DNA of 20,343 bases from Fibrobacteria bacterium (GTDB taxonomy: Bacteria; Fibrobacterota; Fibrobacteria; UBA11236), in NCBI GenBank assembly GCA_050486505.1, contig JBJHDK010000042.1:1-20343 (forward strand), in the 5' to 3' direction. The position numbers and the translations under genes were made by a program. How positions within the stretch are numbered: position 1 is the first letter of the stretch; each line of letters starts with the position of its first letter. The notes below the pieces were generated by a model. It made no database searches. It was not told the DNA's origin and was given only the letters and a program-made list of their open reading frames with translations. Of this stretch, positions 5,941 through 14,381 are shown one piece after another.

Positions 5941-7933
5941 AAAGAAGCCGACATCGAAGAAGCCTGCCGCGACTGCGAAGAAACCCCCGACGAAAGTCGC
6001 CAAGAAAGCGACCGCAGGGGCGATGCACGCATCGCCCAAGAAACCCACGACCAAGAAACCCGTAGGGGCAAATAATCATTTGCCCCAAAAGTCCGTCCCC
6101 ACGAAGAAACCCGTAGGGGCAAATAACCATTTGCCCCGAAAGACCGCACCGAAAGCCCCATCAATCCCCTTGGCGCGCATCACCGCCCACGCCGTCGTGG
6201 AAAACATGCGCCCACAGGTCGAGTCGGGGTTGTTCCCGGCCAAGGTCGTGTCGGGAGAAACCGTCACCGTCACCGCCGATATTTTCCGCGACGGTCATGA
6301 GAAATGCGTGGCCGACCTGCTGTACCGACCCGTCGGAAACCAGGGGGAGTCCGCATGGCGACGCACGCCCATGCGCTTCGTCGACAACGATGCGTGGGCC
6401 GGGGAGTTCGTGCCGGACGCGCTGGGCGATTGGCAGTTCACGATCGAGGCGCGCACCCAGGATCGCGAAGGATACGGCGTGTATGCCGCCTTCGAGGAGC
6501 CGTACCTGCATCCGCACTACGGCGCGCTGCGCGTGGATCCCAAGGCGGCCGAGTTCGCCGCATGGTATGAGATGTTCGCGCGCTCGCAGGGCACCGATCC
6601 GAACCGGAGCGCGACCTTCGCCGAGATGGAAGCCCGTCTCGACTACGTGAAGGATCTCGGTTTCGATACGATTTACCTGCCGCCGATCCATCCCATCGGC
6701 CGCACCAAGCGCAAGGGGCGCAACAATTCGGTGACGTCGCAACCGGGTGAACCCGGTTCGCCGTACGCCATCGGCGCGTACCAGGACAAGAGCCGCGAAC
6801 ACGGAGACGGCGGACACAAGGCGGTGGAGCCCGGGCTGGGTACGCTGGCCGAGTGCCGCCGTTTCATCGACCGTTGCCGCGCCATGGGCTTCGAGGTCGT
6901 GCTCGACTACGCGCTCAATTGCTCCCCCGACCATCCTTATGCGCTTGAGCATCCCGACTGGTACTACCGCGAGCCCGACGGCAGCATCCGCTGCGCAGAG
7001 AACCCGCCCAAGCGCTACGAGGACATTTACCCGCTCAATTTCTTCTGCGCCGACCGCGATAACCTGTGGCGCGAACTGAAGTCGATCATCGATTTCTGGA
7101 TCGGCATGGGTGTGACGATTTTCCGGGTCGACAACCCGCACACCAAGCCCTTCGCGTTCTGGGAGTGGATGATCGCCGAGATCAAGAAGGAGCGCCCCGA
7201 CGTGATGTTCCTCTCCGAGGCCTTCACGCGGCCCAAGGTGATGAAGCGCCTGGCCAAGGCGGGTTTCGACCTGTCATACACCTACTTCACCTGGCGCGTC
7301 ACCGCGCAGGAGTTGCGCGAGTATTGCGAAGAGCTGACGCAGCAGGAGCCGTCGCTCTACATGCGCCCGATCTTCTTCGCCACCACGCCCGATATTTTGC
7401 CCTGGCACCTGCAGAACGCGCCACGCGAGATGTTCAAGATCCGTCATGCCTTGGCCTGCACGTTGGTGGGGACCTACGGCCTGTACAACGGCTACGAGCT
7501 GTGCGAGAACGAGCCTTACCCGGGCAAGGAGGAGTACAACGATTCCGAGAAGTACGCCTTCAAGGTGCGCGACTGGAACAAGCCCGGAAACATCAAGGAC
7601 TTCATCCGGACCCTCAACCGCATCCGCAACGACCACCCGTCGCTGCAGCAGCTGAAGAACCTGCGCTTTCACGACTGTGATAATCCGAACCTGTTGGCCT
7701 ACTCGAAGACGGATGGCGACGACCGGCTGTTGTTCATCGTCAACCTCGATCCGCATGCGACGCAAGCGGGTTGGATTTCCATCGACAAGGCGGCGCTCGG
7801 TCTCGACGCCGACCAGATTTTCGGGGTGCACGACCTGCTGAGCGGAGAAAGCTACGCCTGGGGCGACCGGAATTTCGTGGAACTTAACCCGTTCAAGGAA
7901 GTGCTGCACGTGTTCCAGGTGGAGCGGTTTTAG
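5930..7933 (+). CDS. glgE: Alpha-1,4-glucan:maltose-1-phosphate maltosyltransferase (GH13_3) with a Lys/Pro/Ala-rich N-terminal extension
   Basis: ADIFRDGHE, YLPPIHPIG, RKGRNN, AENPPKRYEDIYP, FRVDNPHTKP, SEAFTRP, SYTYFTWR, TPDIL; start overlaps the glgM stop by 11 nt. Confidence 0.93.
   Translation: MPAKKKPTSKKPAATAKKPPTKVAKKATAGAMHASPKKPTTKKPVGANNHLPQKSVPTKKPVGANNHLPRKTAPKAPSIPLARITAHAVVENMRPQVESGLFPAKVVSGETVTVTADIFRDGHEKCVADLLYRPVGNQGESAWRRTPMRFVDNDAWAGEFVPDALGDWQFTIEARTQDREGYGVYAAFEEPYLHPHYGALRVDPKAAEFAAWYEMFARSQGTDPNRSATFAEMEARLDYVKDLGFDTIYLPPIHPIGRTKRKGRNNSVTSQPGEPGSPYAIGAYQDKSREHGDGGHKAVEPGLGTLAECRRFIDRCRAMGFEVVLDYALNCSPDHPYALEHPDWYYREPDGSIRCAENPPKRYEDIYPLNFFCADRDNLWRELKSIIDFWIGMGVTIFRVDNPHTKPFAFWEWMIAEIKKERPDVMFLSEAFTRPKVMKRLAKAGFDLSYTYFTWRVTAQELREYCEELTQQEPSLYMRPIFFATTPDILPWHLQNAPREMFKIRHALACTLVGTYGLYNGYELCENEPYPGKEEYNDSEKYAFKVRDWNKPGNIKDFIRTLNRIRNDHPSLQQLKNLRFHDCDNPNLLAYSKTDGDDRLLFIVNLDPHATQAGWISIDKAALGLDADQIFGVHDLLSGESYAWGDRNFVELNPFKEVLHVFQVERF
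6014..6037 (+). repeat. REP-like hairpin inside glgE
   Basis: GCAG followed by GGGCGATGC-AC-GCATCGCCC; translates AGAMHASP. Confidence 0.7.
6062..6137 (+). repeat. Two GTAG-type REP copies, 51 bp apart, inside glgE
   Basis: GTAGGGGCAAAT-AATC-ATTTGCCCC (6062-6086) and GTAGGGGCAAAT-AACC-ATTTGCCCC (6113-6137); both translate VGANNHLP; same family as 14343-14372. Confidence 0.88.
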
Positions 7934-7970
7934 CCGAAATTTGGGTGTATCCCGGCATATTGCCATTTTC

Positions 7971-8003
7971 AAACACGCGTTCTCCAAGGGACGCGTGTTT
8001 TTT
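7971..8003 (+). terminator. Rho-independent terminator of glgM-glgE
   Basis: AAACACGCGT-N10-ACGCGTGTTT running into a T tract, 37 bp after the glgE stop. Confidence 0.8.
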
Positions 8004-8056
8004 GTTACGGCGTTAACTTTGGGGTACGGTTTCGGGGCACCTGCCGGGAGGGGTAA

Positions 8057-11000
8057 ATGATCCGTGCAACAATGATTCTGTGCTGCGGGCTGCTGGGGAT
8101 GGCCGCGACGACATCCGCGCAGTCGGAATGGACGCTGCGGAATCCTCCCATCACCGCACAAACGCTTCTGGGCGTGACATGGAACGGAGAGTTCCTCGTC
8201 GCCGTGGGGCACGCGGGAACCATTCTCACCTCAACGGACGGTGTCGCGTGGGAACCCCACGCCTCGGGGACAGGGGCGACACTGAATGCCGTCGCCGCAT
8301 CCGGGTCACAAATCGTCGCCGTCGGCGAAGGCGGCACGATTCTCACTTCTCCGGATGGAGTCACCTGGACATTACGCGCATCCGGAACCGAAAACCATCT
8401 TCATGCCGCTGTCTGGACAGGTACGGAGTGGTACGTCGCAGGTGCGAACGCAACGATTCTTGCCTCGCCGGACGGCATCACGTGGACAATCCGCAGCACG
8501 GTGGTTTCGTCCCTCCTGTACGCGATCACATGGACGGGCACCCAACTTGTGGCTGTCGGCAACTCTTCGACGATTCTGACCTCGGAGAACGGCATCGACT
8601 GGGTCCCGCGAGCGGCGGGCATCAGTGCGAATTTTCGAGGCGTCGCCTGGGACGGTTCACAGCTGGTCGCGGTCGGCAACCAAGGCCTGGGGAACACCGT
8701 CATCACGTCCCCCGACGGTGTGAGCTGGACATCGCGCAACTCCGGAACAACGAACGCGCTGCACTCCGTGGCGGCAGGCGGTGGCTTGCTCGTTGCAACC
8801 GGCGCGTCTCCTGCAGCGATCCTGACGTCGCCGAACGGAGTCACCTGGACGCAAAGAACTCCGCCTGCAACGATTGTCACTCACCATGCGGCCGCATGGA
8901 CAGGCGGGAAGTGGGTCGCGGTCGGCGGCAACGGCTCGATCCTGACCTCGCCGGATGGCCTTTCCTGGTCGCAGCAGAATCCCGGAAGCAATCACACGCT
9001 TCGCGGAATCTCCGGAGCCGGCGACCAGCATGTTGCCGTCGGCGACCTCGGTGTCACGTTCACCTCGCCCGACGGAGTCGCCTGGAGCCAGGGAAGCACC
9101 GGCACGGAATCCACCTTGCTCGCTGTGATTCATGCCGGCGGGCAATGGGTCACGGCGGGAAACGCGGGCGCATTATTCACATCACCCGACGGCTTCACAT
9201 GGACCCAGCGCAATGCCGCGACGGGTGCGAACCTGACGTCCATTGCATGGAGCGGAAGCCTCTACGTCGCGGTCGGAGGAAGCGGATCGGGGAACGCCGT
9301 CGTCACGTCTCCCGATGGCATCACGTGGACCCAACGCACTCCGCCCGCGACACCGATGCTTCGCGACATCGTGTGGACGGGAGAGCAGTTCGTGGCGGTG
9401 GGCGGAGCCTCCGCTCTGACTTCACCGGACGGGGTCGAATGGACTTTGCGCGCGGCAGGAGCCGGAACCCTCCATGGTCTCGCATGGAACGGCTCCTTGT
9501 TGGTCGCCGTGGGTGGCGGAGGCCCTTCAAGCGTCCGCATTCTCACATCACCGGACGGGATCGTCTGGACGCACCGGACTTCGCCCGTTACGCAAGTGCC
9601 CACGTCCGTCGAATGGACGGGGACGGGCTTCCTCGCGGCGGGAAACAGCGACATCATGGCATACTCGCCGGACGGCATCGACTGGATCAACCTCGCGACA
9701 GGGGCCCCGAAACCTCCGGAAGCACTGGCCCGCGTCGGAAACCGGATGCTCGTGGCGGGAGCGGGCGGAATGATCATGACCAAGGATGTCGCATCAATTC
9801 CGCCAACGCCGCCCTCCATCACGCAGCAGCCTGAGGCAAGAACCTTCAGGTCGGGCAGTACGGCACGCTTCACCGTCGCTGCGGAAGGTGCCGGCACATT
9901 GGGCTACCAGTGGCATCGGGACGGAGTGCCGCTTGCCAATGGAGGACGCGTGTCCGGAGCGACGAGTGATACGCTCCGCATCACCGGCGCCGCGCTTGCC
10001 GACACCGGCGTCTACTCGGTGGTGGTGACGAGTACCGTGGGCGGCACAACCACCAGCGCCACGAGCGACGCCGCCGTCCTCACGATCTTCGTGGATCCGC
10101 TGATCGCATCGTCCCCGATGGGCCAAACCGTCGCCGAAGGGGGAACGGCCACGTTCTCCGCCGCGCTGTTGAACGGAAATCTCGGCTCGAGCACGGGGAG
10201 CATCGGCTACCAGTGGCGCGTCGTCCGTGCGAACCCACCCGGCATCACCTTGATTTCCGACGATGGCAGAATTTCAGGGGCGAATACGGCCACGCTCACC
10301 ATCACTGGAGTCACGGCTGCGGATCGGGGAGAATACGATGTCGTCATCATCCGCACACTGGGAGAACACACAGCAGCAATCAACAGCGCATACGCGGGAT
10401 TGCATGTCAACACGGCCCCGATCATCACGACGCAGCCGCAGGCCACCACCTTCATGCAGGGAGGAACCGTCGCCCTGCACGTGACGACCGATTTCCTCGC
10501 AACGAGCACACAATCGTACCAGTGGTACAAGAACGGCGCATCCCTCGCCAATGGCGGAAGAATCAGCGGCGCCACCAGCGCGACTTTGAACATTTCGAAT
10601 GCCTTGCTTGAAGATCAAGGCAACTACCACGTCCGTGTTACCCGCTTGTTCGGGGGAACCACCACGAACACCGAGAGCGATGTGGCTTCCGTGAGCATCA
10701 ACCTCATGCCGGTTTTCGTGACGCCCCTGGAATCCATGACGGTCACGGCCGGCGGCAATGCCAACTTTTCGGTGATCGTGCAGGAGGCCGGTGGCACCCT
10801 GGCCTACCAGTGGCGCAAAGGCACAACGAACATTGCCGGCGCGACCAACGCAACGTACTCCGTGATGAATGCATCCCTAGCCGATACCGGCAGCTACTCG
10901 GTGGTGGCGACGCGCACCCTGGGCGGAACCACCACCAGCGCCACGAGCAACAGCGCGCTCTTGCTTGTGAACGCACCTCCCGTCATCACCGCACAGCCAC

Positions 11001-11587
11001 AGGACTCCGTTGCGCTGACAATCGGTCAGGATTTTTCCTTCTCCGTCACGGCGGCGACCACGGGCGGCTCGAGCGCAGGCACACTCTCGTATCAATGGAT
11101 GAATGACGGCGCGAACCTCGCCAACGGCGGACGCATTTCGGGAGCGACCTCGGCGACGCTGACGATATCGGGGGGCGAAACGGGTGACGTCGGCGCCTAC
11201 ACGGTGGCGGTGACCCGGGTGCTGAACGGTACGACGACAAGCACGACAAGCGATCCGGGACACCTGGTTCCCCCGGTCAGTCTCGCTCCGGGCGCCTTCG
11301 TGATCCGGGTGGACAACCGCACCGAGCCGTTCACGTTCCGGCTTCCCGCGGGCTCGATGGAAACCACCGAGCGCCTGACGCTGAGCATCTCCGACGTGTA
11401 CGGCCGCACCATCTGGTCAAGTACGGTGAACCCTTCGAGGGACGAGATTCGCGAACTGACCTGGAACGGCAAGACCAAGAGCGGCCGCCCGGCCTCGGCG
11501 GGCATCTATGTGGTACGCATCTCCGTCCGGGGCGATGGGAACACGACGCACCATGCTCGCAGAGCCGTCACCCTGAAGCCCCGCTGA
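8057..11587 (+). CDS. Large secreted/surface protein: signal peptide, about 14 BNR/YCF48-like beta-propeller blades, 5 Ig-like domains, C-terminal FlgD-Ig/CTD-like domain
   Basis: 13 SxD/NGxxW repeats about 40 aa apart; five P.I..QP-like/YQW/D.G.Y units; C-terminal ISDVYGRTIW...TWNG...GIYVVRI; SD GGAGGGG. Confidence 0.88.
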   Translation: MIRATMILCCGLLGMAATTSAQSEWTLRNPPITAQTLLGVTWNGEFLVAVGHAGTILTSTDGVAWEPHASGTGATLNAVAASGSQIVAVGEGGTILTSPDGVTWTLRASGTENHLHAAVWTGTEWYVAGANATILASPDGITWTIRSTVVSSLLYAITWTGTQLVAVGNSSTILTSENGIDWVPRAAGISANFRGVAWDGSQLVAVGNQGLGNTVITSPDGVSWTSRNSGTTNALHSVAAGGGLLVATGASPAAILTSPNGVTWTQRTPPATIVTHHAAAWTGGKWVAVGGNGSILTSPDGLSWSQQNPGSNHTLRGISGAGDQHVAVGDLGVTFTSPDGVAWSQGSTGTESTLLAVIHAGGQWVTAGNAGALFTSPDGFTWTQRNAATGANLTSIAWSGSLYVAVGGSGSGNAVVTSPDGITWTQRTPPATPMLRDIVWTGEQFVAVGGASALTSPDGVEWTLRAAGAGTLHGLAWNGSLLVAVGGGGPSSVRILTSPDGIVWTHRTSPVTQVPTSVEWTGTGFLAAGNSDIMAYSPDGIDWINLATGAPKPPEALARVGNRMLVAGAGGMIMTKDVASIPPTPPSITQQPEARTFRSGSTARFTVAAEGAGTLGYQWHRDGVPLANGGRVSGATSDTLRITGAALADTGVYSVVVTSTVGGTTTSATSDAAVLTIFVDPLIASSPMGQTVAEGGTATFSAALLNGNLGSSTGSIGYQWRVVRANPPGITLISDDGRISGANTATLTITGVTAADRGEYDVVIIRTLGEHTAAINSAYAGLHVNTAPIITTQPQATTFMQGGTVALHVTTDFLATSTQSYQWYKNGASLANGGRISGATSATLNISNALLEDQGNYHVRVTRLFGGTTTNTESDVASVSINLMPVFVTPLESMTVTAGGNANFSVIVQEAGGTLAYQWRKGTTNIAGATNATYSVMNASLADTGSYSVVATRTLGGTTTSATSNSALLLVNAPPVITAQPQDSVALTIGQDFSFSVTAATTGGSSAGTLSYQWMNDGANLANGGRISGATSATLTISGGETGDVGAYTVAVTRVLNGTTTSTTSDPGHLVPPVSLAPGAFVIRVDNRTEPFTFRLPAGSMETTERLTLSISDVYGRTIWSSTVNPSRDEIRELTWNGKTKSGRPASAGIYVVRISVRGDGNTTHHARRAVTLKPR

Positions 11588-11593
11588 GTCACC

Positions 11594-11649
11594 GGGCCGG
11601 ATCCCGGCCCCCGAACACTGCGAAACCGCAGGGGATCCCCCCGTTTTCC
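11594..11649 (+). terminator. Cluster of short hairpins after the large gene, possible terminator
   Basis: GGGCCGG-ATC-CCGGCCC (11594-11610), CTGCG-AAAC-CGCAG (11618-11631), then a pyrimidine-rich tract. Confidence 0.4.
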
Positions 11650-11695
11650 GTCCCCCTGTCCCGACAGTTTTCCCGCGCTCTTTTTTCTTCCCGCC

Positions 11696-11726
11696 CGCAA
11701 TTCGGAATTCTTCGTAATTCGTAACT
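11696..11726. repeat. Degenerate heptamer repeat (consensus CGTAATT), 4 units
   Basis: CGCAATT CGGAATT ctt CGTAATT CGTAACT directly before the ATG at 11728. Confidence 0.7.
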
Positions 11727-11727
11727 T

Positions 11728-12021
11728 ATGCCCATGCCCAACGAACTCCGCATCGACTGCCCCTGCTGCAAGGCAAAGCTCGTCGTCGACCAAGAAACGG
11801 GAGGCGTCCTGCAGGCCGTCCCGCACAAGGAAGCGCCGCCCAGCCTGGAGGACTTCATGAAAGCGGATCAGGGCCGGGCAAAGGATCTTGAAGACAAATT
11901 CGCCGCATCGCGCAAACAAGAGGACGAGCGCCTCAAGCTCCTCGAGAAAAAGTTCGAGTGGGCAAAAAAGAACAAGGACAAGCTTCCCGACGCGCCGAAG
12001 CCCGGCATCCACTGGGACTGA
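11728..12021 (+). CDS. Small hypothetical protein with a CPCC zinc-ribbon-like N-terminus and a charged coiled coil
   Basis: IDCPCCKAKLVVDQETG followed by a K/E-rich helix; good codon bias; 15 bp upstream of ptsP. The start may be the ATG at 11734. Confidence 0.8.
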   Translation: MPMPNELRIDCPCCKAKLVVDQETGGVLQAVPHKEAPPSLEDFMKADQGRAKDLEDKFAASRKQEDERLKLLEKKFEWAKKNKDKLPDAPKPGIHWD

Positions 12022-12036
12022 AGCCGGATCCGCGCC

Positions 12037-14328
12037 ATGTCAGACGCAGGCACCGCCTTCGAAATCATCCGCTCTGTCACGCGGACGATGCTGGAATCGC
12101 GCGACGTGCAGCCCGCGCTGGACGCGGTCACGCAACAAATTTCCGACAAGATGGGCGTTGAGGTCTGCTCAATCTACCTGCACGACTCCGCGGATGACAG
12201 ACTCCACCTCGCCGCCGCCCACGGGCTGAACCGCACGGCACTCCCCGAAATCACGCTGGCTCCCGGAGAAGGCCTCACCGGATCCGTGTTCGCGACCGGA
12301 GACATCCTCAACATCGCCGACCCGCGATCCGACGCGCGTTTCAAGTTTTTCCCCCAGCTCGGCGAAGACGTTCTCAACAACTACATGGGCATCCCCATTC
12401 CCCCCGGAAAGGCGCGAAGCCGCGGCGTGCTGGTCCTGCAAGGGCGCGAGCCCCTGCCCTTCGGCCCCACTCTCGAGGATCTTGCCTACACGCTGGCCGC
12501 GCAGCTGGGCACATTGGTCGAGAACCGCACGCCGGCCGCTTCCGGGGTCCGACAGGACGCATCGTCCTTGCGTGAAGCGCCGCCTTTCCTGCGCGCCCAG
12601 CTTGCCTTCGGCAGCGTCGCCGACGGCACGGTGACGGTGCTGAAAACCCAACAGGTCTGGGATACGGTTTACTTCACGAAATCCGACGATCCGGAAGCGG
12701 AACTGCGCGAGTTCGAAAAGGCGCTGGAGCGCGCCCGCGAGGAATCGCGCTGGCTCCGCGAACGCGCCGGTGAAATCTTCGCCGAGCTCGACGCGCGCAT
12801 CTTCGAGACGCACGAAATGTTGCTGACCGACGAAGAGTACGTGGGCGCGATCCGCGGACACATTCGCGAAAAAAGCACCACGGCGATCTTTGCCGTCAAG
12901 GTGGCCACGCGCGAAATGTCCAAGGCGTTCATCGAATCGGGGGTTCCCATGCTCGCGGGGCGCGCCGCGGATCTGCGGGACGTGGGGCTGCGCATCCTGA
13001 ACGCGCTGGGCGAAGCCGGCGACCGCTTTCTCCCGGCCGACGAAACGGATCAAGGCGTGATCGTCGCGGCCGTGGAACTGCTGCCCTCGGACCTCGTCTA
13101 CATGCAGTCCCGCAAACTGCTCGGCATTCTCTGCGAAACCGGAGGCAGCACCTCGCACGCCGCCATCCTCGCGCGCTCGCTCGACATTCCCTGCCTCATG
13201 GGCATCCCCGGCCTGACACGCTTCCTGCACACCGGAACCCGGGTGATTCTGGACGGCGGATCGGGGCTCGCCTACATCCGCCCCGACGCGCACGTGGTGC
13301 GCGAATACCAGCGCCTGCTGGCCGCCGCCAAGGGACACCCGCGTGCGGTCAGGCCACGCGACGACGGAGACCGTACCGCCGACGGGCACCCCGTGCACAT
13401 CTCCGGCAACGTCTCCCTGCTTTCGGACCTCAACCTCATGCGGCGCAACGGCATCCGCAGCGTCGGGCTCTACCGATCCGAGTTCTTCTTCATGGTCCGC
13501 AACGCCTTCCCCGACGAAGACGCCCAGTTCGCGATCTACCGGCAGGTCATGGAACGTTGCGGCGCCTTCGGCGTGACCTTTCGCCTGCTGGATGTCGGGG
13601 GGGACAAACCCCTCAAGTACTTCGATTGGGGCAAGGAGGAAAACCCGAGCCTCGGATGGCGTTCCGTGCGCATGCTCCTGCAACGCCCCGAGATCCTCGA
13701 CCCCCACCTGCGAGCCCTGTTGCGTGCGGCGCAGCTTGGCGACATGCGCATCGTGCTGCCGATGATTTCCACGCTGCACGAGGTGCGGGAGCTCAAGGCC
13801 CGCCTGTCCGAAACCGCCGCGAAACTCGGCAAGGAAGGCGGCGCGCCGATCCGCGTCCCCCCCGTGGGCATCATGGTCGAGATCCCTTCCACGGTCTTCC
13901 AGATCGAGGCATTCCTGCACGAGTCAGATTTTCTCTGTCTTGGAACCAACGACCTCATCCAGTATTTGTTTGCCATCGATCGCGGCAATGAACGCGTGGC
14001 TGATTACCATCAGCCCTATCATCCCGCGTTGCTCTACGCGCTGAAGCGGATCGCCGACTCGGCCAGGGCCGCAGGCAAGCCCGTCACCGTCTGCGGCGAA
14101 ATGGCGAGCGATCCACTGGCCCTGCCCCTGCTGCTCGGCCTCGGGCTCACCTCGCTCAGCATCGCGCCCGGCGCCGCGCAGGACGTCCGCGAAAAGCTGG
14201 CGAAGGTGACGCTTGAAGGATGCAAGGAGCTGGTGGAGAGGGCGCTGATACTGCCGACCGAGAAGGAGATCCGCAAGGAAGCGGAGGCGTTTGCGGAGGC
14301 GGTGGCGCACGGTGGCGGCGCCGCATGA
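12037..14328 (+). CDS. ptsP: GAF-domain phosphoenolpyruvate-protein phosphotransferase (Enzyme I-Ntr type)
   Basis: N-terminal GAF (VCSIYL, GEGLTG); phospho-His motif GGSTSHAAILARSL; GLYRSEF, DVGGDK, EENPSLGWR, GTNDLIQY, VCGEMA. Confidence 0.93.
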   Translation: MSDAGTAFEIIRSVTRTMLESRDVQPALDAVTQQISDKMGVEVCSIYLHDSADDRLHLAAAHGLNRTALPEITLAPGEGLTGSVFATGDILNIADPRSDARFKFFPQLGEDVLNNYMGIPIPPGKARSRGVLVLQGREPLPFGPTLEDLAYTLAAQLGTLVENRTPAASGVRQDASSLREAPPFLRAQLAFGSVADGTVTVLKTQQVWDTVYFTKSDDPEAELREFEKALERAREESRWLRERAGEIFAELDARIFETHEMLLTDEEYVGAIRGHIREKSTTAIFAVKVATREMSKAFIESGVPMLAGRAADLRDVGLRILNALGEAGDRFLPADETDQGVIVAAVELLPSDLVYMQSRKLLGILCETGGSTSHAAILARSLDIPCLMGIPGLTRFLHTGTRVILDGGSGLAYIRPDAHVVREYQRLLAAAKGHPRAVRPRDDGDRTADGHPVHISGNVSLLSDLNLMRRNGIRSVGLYRSEFFFMVRNAFPDEDAQFAIYRQVMERCGAFGVTFRLLDVGGDKPLKYFDWGKEENPSLGWRSVRMLLQRPEILDPHLRALLRAAQLGDMRIVLPMISTLHEVRELKARLSETAAKLGKEGGAPIRVPPVGIMVEIPSTVFQIEAFLHESDFLCLGTNDLIQYLFAIDRGNERVADYHQPYHPALLYALKRIADSARAAGKPVTVCGEMASDPLALPLLLGLGLTSLSIAPGAAQDVREKLAKVTLEGCKELVERALILPTEKEIRKEAEAFAEAVAHGGGAA

Positions 14329-14342
14329 AATGCGGGCGCCGT

Positions 14343-14372
14343 TGTAGGGGCAAATGATCATTTGCCCCTACA
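14343..14372. repeat. GTAG-type REP, perfect 30-bp palindrome between convergent ptsP and dnaA
   Basis: TGTAGGGGCAAATGA|TCATTTGCCCCTACA. Confidence 0.9.
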
Positions 14373-14381
14373 TGCACGCCA

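Noticed and set aside
6050..6140. Palindromic direct repeats as a CRISPR array
   Set aside because: Only two copies, similar inter-repeat sequence, GTAG-REP structure, in frame in glgE, and no cas genes
8200..9700. Regularly spaced ~120-bp repeats as a CRISPR or other DNA array
   Set aside because: Conservation is at protein level (TSPDGxxW) with synonymous variation
8080..9834. 584-aa alternative-frame ORF
   Set aside because: Arg/His-rich off-frame shadow of the 1176-aa gene
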